Assembly (NCBI RefSeq): GCF_006345805.1
Contig: NC_042997.1
Span: 51,770,001-51,834,000, forward strand
Direction: 5' to 3'
DNA: 64,000 bases
Source of the DNA: Octopus sinensis
Taxonomy: Eukaryota
The notes beneath the pieces were generated by a model, which was not told the origin of the DNA, made no database searches, and saw only the letters and a program-made list of their open reading frames with translations. Position 1 is the first letter of the stretch; every line of letters starts with the position of its first letter. Positions 24,532 through 38,123 of the stretch are shown here, one piece after another. The position numbers were made by a program, and so were the translations under genes.

Positions 24532-24726
24532 TGTATTTATATATGTATATATATATATCTGTATATATGTATATATATATATATCTGTATATATGTATAT
24601 ATATATATGTATTTATATACGTATATATATGTATTTATATATGTATATATATATATATATGTATTTATATATGTATATATATATATATGTATTTATATAC
24701 GTATATATATGTATTTATATATGTAT
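24532..24726. repeat. TA-rich compound microsatellite
   Basis: Read directly. Confidence 0.9.
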
Positions 24727-24879
24727 ATCATCATCATCGTTTAACGTCCGTTTTCCATGCTAGCATATGTTGGATGGTTGAACTTGGGTCTGGGAAGCCA
24801 AAAGGCTGCGCCAGGCCCAGTCTGATCTGGCAGTGTTTCTACAGCTGGATGCCCTTCCTACCGCCAACCACTCTGTATA

Positions 24880-26075
24880 CGAGGGCCGTTCAATAAGTAA
24901 TGCCCCTGACCCACTTCCCATAGCAGTAGAGCAATGAAACTTAGCACAGTTATTAGTCTTTTTCTACATAGGAACCACCCAGAGTTACGCATTTCTCCCA
25001 TCGTTTGATGCAGCTCTGGAGACCGTTTTTGTAGAAGACCTCAGCTTGGTCCTCCAACCACGACGTGACTTCAGAAATCAAGGCTGCATCATCTGGGAAA
25101 CGCTTTCCTTTCAAAAACAACTTCATGGATGGGTAGAGGTAAAAATCAGAGGGTGCAAGGTCAGGAGAGTAGGGGGGATGGGGGAGGAGTTCATAGCTGC
25201 ACGCCTGTGCTTCTGATCTGGCGACACACAAGTTGTGGACCGGAGCGTTGTCCTGCAGGAGGAGAATGCCTTTGCTGATCTTGCCCCGCCTCTTGATTTT
25301 GATAGCTTCTCTTAATTTCCTCAGAAGTGAAGCATAATAGGCTCCTGTAATTGCGGTACCCTTTGCCAGGAAATCTGTCATCACTACTCCGTCCTGGTCC
25401 CAGAAGACTGTGAGCATGACCCTGCCAGCGAAGGGCTGCACCCTTGCCTTCTTTGGAGGAGGTGAGTCACGGTGCTTCCACTGCATTGACTGGGCTTTGG
25501 TCTCTGGATCATAGTGATGGACCCAGCTTTCATCCTGTGTAATCAGTCTTTTGAAAAATTTTGACTCATCTTCTTGGCACATCTCCAAATTCATCCTCGA
25601 GCACTCGATGCATTCTTGCTTCTGGAAAGGTGTGAGCAACCTGGGAATCCATCTGGCAGACACCTTTTGCATATGCAAATGGTCATGAATGATAGTTTCC
25701 ACAGACCCGGTACTAATCTTGACCTGATGGGCTATTTGGTGAATTGTTATGCGTCGATCTTCCAAAATGGCAGCCTCAACTTGACGGACAGATGCCTCAT
25801 CAATGGCAGAAAGAAGGCGACCAGGTCTGGGAGCTGTTTCCACAGAGTTCCGACCATGTTTAAATTCACGATGCCAGCGTTTTACAAGGTCATATGATGG
25901 GGCATCATTACCATAAGTTACTTTCATTTCAGCAAAAGTCTTCCGTGGTGTGTGTCCTTTCAAATACAAAAACCGGATCACTGCTCGACACTCAACAGGC
26001 TCCATTTCACACGACTCAGTTCCAACATCTGTATATCAGAAACCACAATTTGCCACTTAATCTATAGAGATATTG
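24880..26075 (-). mobile_element. Mariner (irritans/Himar1-like) copy 1, with one TIR only
   Basis: TA + CGAGGGCCGTTCAATAAGTAATGCCCCTGACCCACTT at 24878-24916. The TIR upstream of the transposase start is absent. Inserted into an RTE 3' end fragment whose remainder is also missing. Confidence 0.9.
24953..26005 (-). CDS. Intact 350-aa mariner DD34D transposase
   Basis: HTH N-terminus, WIPRLL, ITQDESW, LQDNAP and YSPDLAPSD motifs. I count 34 residues between the second and third catalytic Asp. No stops. Confidence 0.9.
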   Translation of the reverse strand: MEPVECRAVIRFLYLKGHTPRKTFAEMKVTYGNDAPSYDLVKRWHREFKHGRNSVETAPRPGRLLSAIDEASVRQVEAAILEDRRITIHQIAHQVKISTGSVETIIHDHLHMQKVSARWIPRLLTPFQKQECIECSRMNLEMCQEDESKFFKRLITQDESWVHHYDPETKAQSMQWKHRDSPPPKKARVQPFAGRVMLTVFWDQDGVVMTDFLAKGTAITGAYYASLLRKLREAIKIKRRGKISKGILLLQDNAPVHNLCVARSEAQACSYELLPHPPYSPDLAPSDFYLYPSMKLFLKGKRFPDDAALISEVTSWLEDQAEVFYKNGLQSCIKRWEKCVTLGGSYVEKD

Positions 26076-27055
26076 TGTATATAGAAAATTAACTTATTAG
26101 ATACCATCTAATAAGTTAATGTTTAAGTATATAATATGAATAAATATTAAACTATTTCTATGTAATTTCTTTCCTATTCTCCTGAATAATCTTCTTGAAA
26201 AGCCCTAAATTTTAACTTTATACAATACAGCAATATTGTTTAGAGAGTGACCATTGATTTTGCACCTATAAAGCGGTTAACAATCAACCTTCTATAAATA
26301 TATTACTGCACTAATATTTTAGTGTTCTTTTTCGGATATATGAACTAACAATGTTTGTGTGTGTGTGTATTTATATATATATATACTGAATCACCTCCAC
26401 ATTGCTTAGTTTCTCCTTAGTATTATGTAAGTGGGTGTATTTGTGTCCAGTAGTTAAAAAAATATCAACATCATACAAGCAATACAAGCAACTATTGTTT
26501 GTTCCTTTGCAGTCTTCCCTGTAAACATGTCAGGTCATTGTGCTGTTCATGTAAGAAGATGTATGAGAAACGGGTTAGGGTCAATAACAGGAAGGCAGCC
26601 GTTGAAAATTTCCCTAAATGAGTAAATTCCTGGCTCATGCAATTTTGGAAGAGGAGACGTTAAAAATTGCTGTGGTATGGTGCTGTGTTTTATTCAGATA
26701 TCGACAACTCTCTTCAGACTCTTAAGGGCCGTCAGTATTGTCAAGTGCAACATTCACTTCGAAAGCGTCTGTAATATTATATGCCATAACCAGGAATATA
26801 TATTGCTTGGCAGTTTGTGCGTGCGCGTGCGTGCGTGCGCAGGTTTGCAATTTTACGGTCTTTATCGAAGCTTTTTCTGTTTTTGCATTTCAGCTTGCAT
26901 TTTTTGTGGCGCAGTATAGTTCCTAAATTTGTTACGAAGTAGATTATATAAGGGTTGATCGAAACATCTTGTTTACAAAGCTACTTAATATTTGGAATTA
27001 TTATGTTTTAATTGATTTTTGTTAGCCCTTGTGACCAATAAACGAACGAATTATC

Positions 27056-27109
<54 letters not shown>

Positions 27110-29517
27110 TACGTAAATAGTATCCACATGATTTAGATAGATACGTTGATGTGCGGAAATATTAAGAAATTATTTGTTGAACCTGTCGCTTTTAAAAGTA
27201 TGTTTCGTTTATAATAACAATAATAATAATGAAATTATTGTATACAGTGCTCAAGTGCACCACAACTTGTCAAAAGTGCGTATAAAGCATATGCAGTAAA
27301 TGTACAAATATCTTGGAAGTGAATAGTAACCTTTGTTTTTATTTCTCTCAATACATATTACTGTTGTAGTTTTGTTTTGTAGTTCTTGTTCAACTATAAT
27401 CGATGTCCGGATTATAGTAATTAGATTGAGTCTTCGACGGATTTGGTATGACGAAAATAAACGACAAAAACAAAAAACAAAAAAAAAAAAAGAAAGCGCA
27501 TGGGATTATTTAATGTTTTGTCTTTAAGTCTATGTTATCCACGCATTAGTTTTTCTTTTATGCGAGAACGATTACAAAAACCTGGAATGTTGCTTGCTAC
27601 TGACTCTGTATCAACATGTTGATATGTTGCGAGGAAACGTCAATGCTGACACCCACCCACCCACTTAGTTTAACCACTCAAAATTGATTTATATGAGTGG
27701 ATGAAGACAGATAGCTTTAATGACTCTTAAAATGCAGTCCACATTTTTGAAAATTGGTACTATGTACAACAGTTGTGTTATTGTTATTATTATTAACAAT
27801 TCAAGATTAGTTAAGTGGTACCATAACCTTGACCTTGCCTCTTGTGAACAGACGAAATCTAGTCTTGTTTCTTCTTTACAGCGGATTATTTACTTCATAT
27901 TTAATAATTAATAACCTATTTTCGTTGGATGGTGATTGACAAACGTACCAGGCATTTTCCGTGTAGTTAACTTGTAAATTACTGAAATGAAAGAAAACAT
28001 GCACAATGTATTGGTTTTGTATCTGACAATTCAGTTCAGCTCAGTAATAAATTATGCATAATTGATTGATGTATGTTCATTCTTACAATTTATTTAGGAC
28101 TATCTTTTCAAATTGGATCATCTGCCACTTTTTTTTGTCATTCACTTTCATTTTTATTTTATTTACTTATTTATTACAATTTTTGTAAACAGTACAATTC
28201 CTCGCACACTTTTGTCCTAGAATTTGGAATCATTTTACTCTCCTCGTTTGAGTTTAAACACCAGAAAATGGAGTGCTTTTCTTTTCAACTGAAATAAAAT
28301 GATTTATGTATTGCAGTGGGTGTGAACGAATATGCTTGCAAACATGTCATATAAATTTGTTTGATGTATAATTTCAGTCAAATGCATGTCCCAAACAACC
28401 AAGGAGGTTATTTATCTCTCTCTCTCTCTCTCACACACACACAAGTCGTCTAAGAGACCATAAATCAGGAAACCTAGCTCTACTCCTACTGCTATTGGCC
28501 TTAAACCATGTAATGGTGTTGCGCTATGTGTCGATGTCAGAGGTGTTCATCTCATTCTACATATCTTTGAGAAATGACAACAGCGTCACTGCTTGTATTC
28601 AATGATTATCTGCAAATTTGAGATTTAGACAAACATGGAAATTTGCAAGTGTTAGAGTTATGGGTGGGTTGGAGTGGTGAATGATTACGAAAAGTATTTA
28701 GCAAAATCTGAGGAGCAAAAAATTATTGAAGAATATAAAAAGTGGACCCAAATGGAGGTGGTATGCAGCTAGCTTGTTTATAGATGCAGAGGTCCTTGTA
28801 TTTGTGGTAGAAAAGGCATATAGAAGAATCATTGTGTCTGAAAGTCTGTGACTGTATCATGAATCTTAACCAATCAAATAGCCTTCTTTTTTATATAGTG
28901 TAGGACAATTGCATGTGTGTGTGTGTGTAGGTAGCATCTGACTCCATATATATGTAGATCTTACTTGAGCCCTGTAAAGGACTAGCAATTGGTAAGGGAA
29001 GAAGTAATTTCTAGCTCTAAAGCGGAAGCTTATTTTTTAGGCTACAGTTTTGACAATGTTATAATTATAAGGCTAGATCCTTGTTTCAAGTTGTAATCTT
29101 TTCCTTTCAAACGTAAACCAAAAACTGTTATAAAATTGTTTTTTTATTTCTAATAAGTATTAGTTATTTTACTGAAATCTTTCCAGTATGCTTTCCTTGG
29201 TCATTTACTCTGGAGAAAGTTATGCTTCGTCCACAGACAAGGATACATGCACACAATACAACCATGGCTGTCAAAGCATAAAACTGAATAATCAGATTGT
29301 AGGGTGGAGATAATCCCATAAAACGAGAATGACAATCCATACATTGTATCCACCACTGTTTCTGGTCCTGCCAAATATTTGCTTACATTGGCAAAACCTC
29401 TAGGTTGGTGAAATAAGGTGATCTGAAAAATAAGCTTCCTCTCTGGAGCTAGAACTTTACTAATTGCTAATCCTTTATAATGCCCAAGTAAGACCTACAC
29501 ATATATGGAAGTAGATG

Positions 29518-29561
<44 letters not shown>

Positions 29562-29564
<3 letters not shown>

Positions 29565-29728
29565 CACCCACTACACTCACGGAGTGGTTGGCGTTAGGAA
29601 GGGCATCCAGCCGTAGAAACACTGCCAAATCTGACTGGGCCTGATGAAGCCTTCCGGCTTCACAGACCCCAGTTAAACCGTCCAACCCATGCTAGCATGG
29701 AAAACGAACGCTAAATGATGATGATGAT
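29562..29728 (+). mobile_element. Young solo RTE 3' tail inserted in (TA)n
   Basis: Near-identical to 58084-58262; (TA)n on both sides. Confidence 0.85.
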
Positions 29729-30364
29729 ATATATATATATATATACACACACATACACACACACACATCCTACACTACATTAATTTTGATAATAATAATG
29801 AATTTAGTAATATAACTTTAGTTGTTATTAATCTTGTTTGGAACATAAATAAGCATGAAATTTTGATTAAATATTCACCAGTTTTATGTTCAAACTAGCT
29901 TCTCACACCTACACTTCAAAAGCATTCTAAAACTAAACAATCATGTCATCAAAATCTCAAAGCCTTATGTTAATACATGATAAACTTAAAGCAATGTGAA
30001 TAAATAAGCATTACGTTTGATAGTAATCTGAATCCTAAAGGGTTAAAACAGGAAGTTTGTACTTTAGAACCAAGGGTGGTCTCAGGCAGGTTGGTTTCAA
30101 AACTACACCACATTGCCCTTCCCTTTGTTATAGTGTATCCTGTTACATTTTTTTTTATCTTAAATATGCTTTCAGAGAAAATATGTATTCTATGACAGCA
30201 GCATAAGTATCTTTTAAAACTTTGAAGATTCAGTGGATCCATTAGATTAAATAAGTACTACTTAGCAAATTTATAGTTTCTCTGCATTCATTTGTTGGTT
30301 TCTTTTTCAATTTGTTTGCTTTATCTTAGTTATAAATTAATTTTCAGTATGCATTTGAAAAATT

Positions 30365-30668
30365 GTGGAGACACATGGCCTAGTGGTTAGAGCAGCGGAC
30401 ACGCAGTCGAGGGATCGCGGGTTCGAATCTCAGACCGGGCGATGTGTGTGTTTATGAGCGAAACACCTAAGCTCCGCACGGCTCCGGCAGAAGGTAATGA
30501 CGAACTTCTGCTGATTCTTTCGCCACAACTTTCTCTTACTCTTTCCTCCTGCATCTTGCAGCTCACCTGCGACAGATTGGCGTCCCGTCCAGGTGGGGAA
30601 CCTATATGCCAAGAAAACTGGGAAACCGGCCCTTATGAGCCAAGCATGGCTCGTGAAGGAACAAATAA
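30365..30668 (+). mobile_element. Young tRNA-derived SINE, family C
   Basis: A box TGGCCTAGTGG, B box GGTTCGAATC, CpGs retained, non-tRNA 3' body. Confidence 0.75.
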
Positions 30669-31254
30669 CTGTTCCTTCTAAAGGATAAAGGATGAACAAC
30701 ATTTGAAAAGTTACATTTTTGTTATATTTGTTTCTGTACTCACAAGGGTCAGAATTAAATTAGATTTTGAATGTGTGTGTGTATGCAAAATTGATGATAA
30801 AGTAAAATCATGTAGACAAAGTGAAAACAGTAATAAAAGGTTAAAACTGCAGTAATGATGCATTTTTAATTGGACATTTAAAGAAAACCTATTCTAGCAG
30901 CAGTTTCAGTGGAATAGTATTTGTTTTAAATGCACATTAAAATAGTTATAAACTGAAAGAAGCCTGTCATATATATGTGTTTGTGTTTCTCCTTGTATTG
31001 ACATCACATGATAGTTGTTGGCAAGTATCATCATCATAGAAGTGATGTTTGTTTTCAGTTTTCTGTGAAAAACATGTCTGGCCACGGAGAAATATTACCT
31101 TGCTTGGAAACGGGTGAGGGTTGGCAACAAGAGCATCCAGCTGCAAAAAATTTACCTGTACAAATTTTGTCTGATCCATGCAAGCATAGAAAAGTGTATG
31201 TTAAATGATGATATTCTTCTCATTGTAATTTTAACTTTTTCATCGAGGATTTGT

Positions 31255-31646
31255 AGCTGTGATACCAGTGCCGGTGGCACGTAAGAATACCACCTGAACT
31301 TGGCTGTAGCCAGCGCTGCCCTGACTGACTTCCGTGGCGGTGGTACGTAAAAAGCACCATCTGATTGTGGCTGTTGCCAGCCTCGCCTGGCCTCCATGCT
31401 GGTGGCACGTAAAAAGCACCATCTGATTGTGGCCGTTTGCCAGCCTCGTCTGGCACCTGTGCCAGTGGCACGTAAAAAGCACCCACTACACTCACGGAGT
31501 GGTTGGCGTTAGGAAGGGCATCTAGCTGTAGAAACACTGCCAGATCAGACTGGGCCTGGTGCAGCCTTCTGGCTTCCCAGACTCCAGTTGAACCGTCCAA
31601 CCCATGCTAGCATGGAAAGTGGACGTTAAATGATGATGATGATGAT
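31255..31646 (+). mobile_element. RTE 3' UTR fragment with ~60-bp internal tandem modules
   Basis: Repeated GGTGG(C/T)ACGTAAAAAGCACC modules followed by the shared tail. Confidence 0.85.
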
Positions 31647-34304
31647 TGTTCACATTTTCTTATTAGCTATTTTCTAAGGTTCATTGATATTTCAAAAATT
31701 TCTACATCCTGTCTTCTGGATGAAATGATTTTAGTGATAGTTATTGCTGTTTACATGTAGGTGAAAATCCTATGTTGTTGTTTGAATTGTTGTCAAATTT
31801 TAGTCTTTGTTTATTATATGTATCCTGTTACTTTTGTCAATATGAAAATAGTTTGGATGTAGTGTCTGACATTGTTTGTTGCTCTGGTGCAAATTTCAGA
31901 AAACAGTTCAATTTAGCATGAAACTATTACTAGTAATCATAACCAAATTATTTCATTATGGTTAAAAAAACAGTATCAAGGATTAAAGTATTTTAATTCT
32001 GGCAACAATGACTGAGAAACAAACACAGCTACCAGCCATTAAAAATGGGTTCATCCAAAAGTATTGACCAGTAAAGCCTTAAGATATCAATGGATCTTGG
32101 AAACTTATTTTCTAACAAAAATGTAAAGGACTAATAAGGTTATATGGAAAACTTCAATTTAAAGTAGAGCATTAGTATATTTTCAATAATACATATATTG
32201 ATTATTTATTTTAAATATAACTATTACCCATGAAAATAGATTATAATACTAGATATTGATATAACAAAAAGTTTCAGAAATGGATCTGTATTCAAGAAGT
32301 TTGAGTATATAAATTTTGATTGTTTTTTTTTTTGTTTTGCAGTATGTTTGTTTTATATCTCAGTACAATTTTTAAATAGTTTTAGAGATATTTTAATGTT
32401 CTGTAACTTCTCTACTTAACTTTTCATTACAGAAAATAAAACAAGTGATTAAAACAGTCCATGAAACAAATAAATAGAAAACTAAAATCAGGATTATCTA
32501 ACAAATAACTATAAATGTTAATGAAATTGCAGTATCTGGTGATTGATTATATCTTTAATGACATGCATTAGCAAGGCCTTTTCACTTGACAGTTATATCT
32601 GATTAATACTGGAAAGCAATTTGCAAGAGCCTTCTAGTTAGTGTTAGCTGCAAAGATATATTTTAAGTATTATATATTTTTCACATTTCTCATTGAAATT
32701 ACTAAAAGCAAATTCATTATATATTATTTTAACGTCATTTACCATTTAAAAAGGAAATAGATCTGATTTGAAATTGGTATAGTAACATGAATTAATAATT
32801 ACGAGGATGTATTTAATTTTATCATTGTTAAAAAAAAGAATGCCACTTAATAAATTTGAGTGTTTGTATATTTACTTCCCTTCATAATAGCAGCATTGTT
32901 TATTGAGCAAAATAATCTTTTCATTTATATATTAATATGGTCAATATAACATGACATTGAAACAGTCTGAGGTCTTATTAGTTCAGTGCCATTTTGTTTA
33001 GTATTGTACATTCCTTCAAGTTTTTGTGCCCTAGAGCAGTTCCAATAATTCTTGAGAAAGACTATTATAGGATTCAAAAATCTTCTGATATACCCTGGAA
33101 ACTTGATGCTATGTTGAATTGAGTTACTAAATTGCATCAGTAGTATAAATTAAATTTAAGCAATTTTATTTTAGAGAAGGTCGGAAAGTTACATAAATTT
33201 TATTCCAATCTATTTATTAATTTTTATTGTTACTAGGAATTTTATTCAGGTTTATAGTGCTAATACATAATTTCACTTGATTGGTATTCACAAAGTAGCT
33301 TAGAATAAACTAAAGATTGTCTTATGTGGATGAAGCCTTATTCCGTTAATGAAAGACCTGCACCATGTTTGAACTCAATGTACAGGATAGTTTGTTCAAT
33401 GTCTTAGTCACTTGACCACAACTCTCTTAAAATTGTCTTTATAGGCAAGATAGACATTGTTTACATTTATTCAAAAGTTATAGATGCTATATTTCTCATG
33501 CCATAGCTACTAAAGAAATATATGAAGAATTAGCTACTTTACTATAAATAAGACAATGATAAAGCTTTGGAAAATTTAGATGAGATTATTAAAAAGTTAG
33601 AGATCCCAAATTTAGTAATGAAGTCTAGATACATTTGGAGAAAGAGACTCTCTTTAGTAATATAAAAAAGAATGGACAGCTAACTAATAGTAATTTTATC
33701 ATAGCATGGTAGTTGGATATTTTTGTTCAGATAAATAGTATCCAATTTTTGTTCAGATAAATATTATCCAATAATTGAGAAAATACAAGTTAAATTATAA
33801 AAATGATACATTAGTTTTGAATAAACTAAGCGTGAATGATACTTTTTATTTTAAGCCATTGCTTCTCAAGAGGCAGAGTGGACCAGTATTTTAGTGGGAT
33901 GTGGGTTACTTCAGAAGTGCAAGTAAGAAGTGAATGAAACTTGGAATAGTTTTAAACCTTTTTTTTAATGTATGTGTGTGTGAGTTATATTTTGTTCATG
34001 GTGGAATGTACATGTTTTCGAAAATCGGAGTTGGGCAAACAACATTGAGAAACATCGTTCTAAACTAAATGTATTGATAGTATCATTTTATTTAAATTTC
34101 CTTCTGAGAATGAAGTGCACAAAGCCTCTTGTATTTGAATTGGATATAATGTTAAGTGATCTTAGTGTCTGCACTGAAAATGTTCAGTATGCTGAGAATA
34201 AATCTGCAGATTTAGAGATTATTGAATACGCATGTAGATTGAAAAACAACTTGTTTTAAATCTCTCAGTGAGAAATATACAGTAACAGTATTGAATAGTA
34301 AAGT

Positions 34305-34516
34305 TTATTTTCTAACAGAATGTGGTAGTCCTATAAAGGATGGTGTTACTGTTGTTTAAGCCTCCAGGAAAACATCTTTTCCAGCTGGTTATTGACAAAC
34401 AGTTTGTGTCACTATACAGACTGTGTGTTGATAACCAGCTGGAAAAATGTTTTCCTGGGGCTTAAACAACAGTAACACCATGCTTTATAGGACTGCTGCA
34501 TTCTGTTGGAAAATAA
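34305..34516 (+). repeat. 212-nt foldback (hairpin) with ~100-bp arms and a 4-nt loop
   Basis: Manual pairing: 8 G-U pairs, 2 mismatches (A-G, G-G) and 2 single-nt bulges; loop 34410-34413. Confidence 0.9.
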
Positions 34517-34525
34517 TACCACTGA

Positions 34526-34556
<31 letters not shown>

Positions 34557-36149
34557 ATCAAAATAAGCAACAAGAATATCTTCAGTAATTTGGTATGATC
34601 ATTTCACGCTATATCATTTTATTAAACATTGTAAGTATTACAGCAGTTTTAAAATGTTGAGCAATCATCAGCCATTTATAGAGGTTTTCCATTAATACAT
34701 ATTTTCATATTAATTGATAACATTATAGAGAGGGTAAATATATAGATAGAGATGTCGATTTGAATTTTAAGAACATTAAGGTAGTAGAATTTATCTTCTG
34801 ACTGAAGAATATTCCCTCTCTCTCTCTCTTTCGGAGAGGCACTGAGCAGCTATACGCACACATACACACACGGCAGTAACTTCCACCTACCGAATTCAAT
34901 CACAAAGCTTCGGTTGGCTCGGGGCTATAGCGGAAGACACCTACCCAAAGTGCCACGCAGCGGGACTGAACCCGAAACCATGTAGCTAGGAAGCAAGCTC
35001 CCTAACCACACAGCCATGCCCGTGCCTGTTTAAGTTATTTTGAACTGCTAGAAGGTGGGGAGGTATATATAATTCTGGTGCATCTAACTTAAGTGCGATA
35101 TTCATTTGAATCTAAATTTTGCTGAATTTATATATATATATAATTGTATTTTTTTCATTTAAAAAATTTTGTCCAAGATCTTTTTAGTTTCAAATTCATT
35201 TATGTCAAGATTGAATAACTCATGTTACAGGAAACTACTTTGAACTGTAATAGTACCAGTTGTGAAAAATTGCGCTAGTCATTAGCATAAGAAGTATTGT
35301 TATAAGTTTGCGCCCTGCTTTTATCTTTGTCACCACAACTTGACAAATATAAACAAATTTTGGGAAACTCACAAAAATAAAATTTCTAGAAGAGGGTGCT
35401 GTTAAGGATTTTGAGAGATGAAATTGTATTGGCCTTTGGGTATGCAATACAAATTTAATATAGTTGCAAGTGTTTTTCATTATCATCTTACAGCTGTGTA
35501 TACCTCCAAAAATGTAGAATATGAGTATTGTAATTTTACAACGATGTCCAAGAATAGTTCTTTTTTCACTACTCTCTGTTGTGAATCTAATAAATGTGTG
35601 GAAGGTATTTAGGATATTATAAAGTTTGTGTAATTCGTCTTTTGGTTTGTTACAGAAAACTTAAACAGTAATTGGGAAAACATTTACATGTCACAATGAC
35701 ATATTTGTTAGTTTTTGTTGAATGTTTTTTTTAATATTTTCTTAGTATGACCTCTAGGAATTCCATTAAATTTAAAATTTGCACGAGAGAGTAACACTTT
35801 TTTTACCTGCGGTTATAGTTTGATACAGTGAATGGGAGCTTTCTGTTGCCATCCTTAACCACATCAGCAATGCAGTGTAGTGGATAGAAGGGAAGGTGAC
35901 TGATGGGAAGGAACAGAAAGACAGGTGATAGGGAGATGGAAGGTATCAAAGTGAAAGCAAATGTAGATTTAATTTGGGCTGTTAAGCCAGAATACTAAAT
36001 GATGATGTCTTATAGCCTCCATATTACCATCAGATTTTAATGTTCATTTTGTAATGCTTGCACAGTTGAGTTGGTCTTCTTCAGCACTACGTCATCAATC
36101 ATCTTGGTCCTTTGTCGTTTCCTCTGTGAGGTTCAGATCCCAAGATCAG

Positions 36150-37620
36150 TTTTCACCACTCATTCCATGTTTTTCTGGTTTTCATACTTCCACAGGTTCC
36201 ATCAACTTTGTGTACACCACACTTCTTTACAGTTGTCTGCCTCCATATGCATCACATACCTATCAGCGCAGTTTTATCTCTTGCACACTACATCTTATTT
36301 CTCTTATACCTAATTTTTTTTCAGCACATTTGTGCTGTTATTCATGCACACTAGCATTACACCCAGTGAAGCCTGCTAATTTCATTTCTTTCTAGCCTGT
36401 GAAAATCTGCATTTAAGGCCCATATCTCTCTTCTATATAGCATTAAATTTCATACACAAGTATCATACAATCTACCTTTCACTTTGAGACAGAAACTCTT
36501 TGTCACTAGTATAGGTTAACAAGCTTCTTGAACTTTACTCACTGCCACTGTTAATTATGTCACCTAGATAACTGAAACTATCAGCTACTTTTAGAGAGTT
36601 TCCAGGCATTTAGTTTCTTGTGTGCTCTTACTGTTTATCATTTAATGTGCATTTACCATATACAAAGTCTACCTTCTCTATCAAACTTCTTGTAAAATTC
36701 ATTACTCTTCTTGTGCATCCATACTTTGTTGGATACACTGTATGGAATTCCTATTTGCTCCTTTTCTGCATGTCAAGCATAGCCATTTCCCTGGCAGTAG
36801 CAGGGTCCTGTCTTATTTCCTACTTACTAATACTTAAGTCTTTGTTAAGTTTACTTTAAGGCTTCTTCATTTTAGGTTTTACAGAAAAAAATGTAGCTGA
36901 ATTGATAAAGAATAAATTGTGGAATGTCTTAGTTTCAGCTATAAGAATTAGACCTTTAGGATACAGGAGTTCCACAACTGATCATAACCCCTCTTTTAGG
37001 GATTCTATTTATGATGGGTATGAACTGAGATCTGGTGAGCTCCTACTTGCATGCATAAGTTTTTAGTTGTCCTCATACACTCACTTTGCTGAGAGTCAGA
37101 ATGACTACATCTCTGTAATTCTTATCCAAATAACTCTGCAGTTGTCTCACTCAGAAGATAATATCAGGAGAACCTATTCCTGGCACAAAGTTAAACAGTA
37201 TTTTATCTCTGCTTATTCTCTTCCTAATCAATTCCTATAATTTTGTTTCTGTAAACTTGATAACCTGGTTCAACATTCCTTTGCTGTTATAGCAGTTGAT
37301 GATGATGCTATGTCAATCATTAGGTTTGACATCTTCCTGTATCCACTGCTTGGCAGGTGACTACCCCTGTGCCCTGTTCTGCCAGATACTTTAAGTATTT
37401 CAGGAACTATTCTTAGACCAGTTGTCTTCACTACCTTCATATCCTTAATTGCTTTATCTACTATATTGCTGTCAACTTGATTGACTGGTCTCTCTGTTGG
37501 GTCAAATTGCCTAGCAGTCTGAAAGATTTCACACCTCTGATCTTCAGATCTCCTTCAGCCTCTCTCCTTGTTCAATGTATCCGACATCTGTCTCTTATTT
37601 TACTTCGCTGTCCAATTTCT
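36150..37620 (-). mobile_element. Old, decayed RTE LINE fragment
   Basis: Minus strand reads LVTKSFCLKVKGRLYDTCV* near 36460-36515, homologous to LVTKGLSLRVKGRLYDACV; many stops. Confidence 0.7.
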
Positions 37621-38090
37621 TAGCTTCTATGACTTGGAAAGGGATTACTCATTAGATGAAAAGAATGTTGAAAGATAACAGCACACGTACATATGAAATT
37701 ATAGGTAGGCCCAGCTTATTTTGAGAGGAGATAGTTTAACCGCACTGTAAGTTAGGTTTCATACTTGTAAGGTCTGCTTGTATATAGTCTTATCCATTGT
37801 CAATAAATCACAATGCTTGATACTGTTCAAAAATTTTTAAATGTTGAATGTTTCACAGGGTGTAATCAAATGAGCGAAGCAATTGGATAGATTTCAAATG
37901 TAATTTCAGATGAAAAATTAACATATAGGCGCGGGAGTGGCTGTGTGGTAAGTAGCTTGCTAACCAACCACATGGTTCCGGGTTCAGTCCCACTGCGTGG
38001 CATCTTGGGCAAGTGTCTTCTGCTATAGCCCTGGGCCGACCAATGCCTTGTGAGTGGATTTGGTAGATGGAAACTGAAAGAAGCCCGTCG

Positions 38091-38123
<33 letters not shown>

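Noticed and set aside
25574-25897. 107-aa plus-strand ORFs shared by both mariners (also 54875-55198)
   Set aside because: Antisense frames of the transposase, preserved only because the copies are recent.
22060-27640. Isolated CTGACGA, CAGATGAG and GAAACGTC strings near 22070, 22230 and 27625 as further hammerheads
   Set aside because: The core halves cannot be joined by proper stems I and II.
30365-30440. tRNA gene
   Set aside because: Has A and B boxes but no convincing acceptor stem, and continues into a SINE body.
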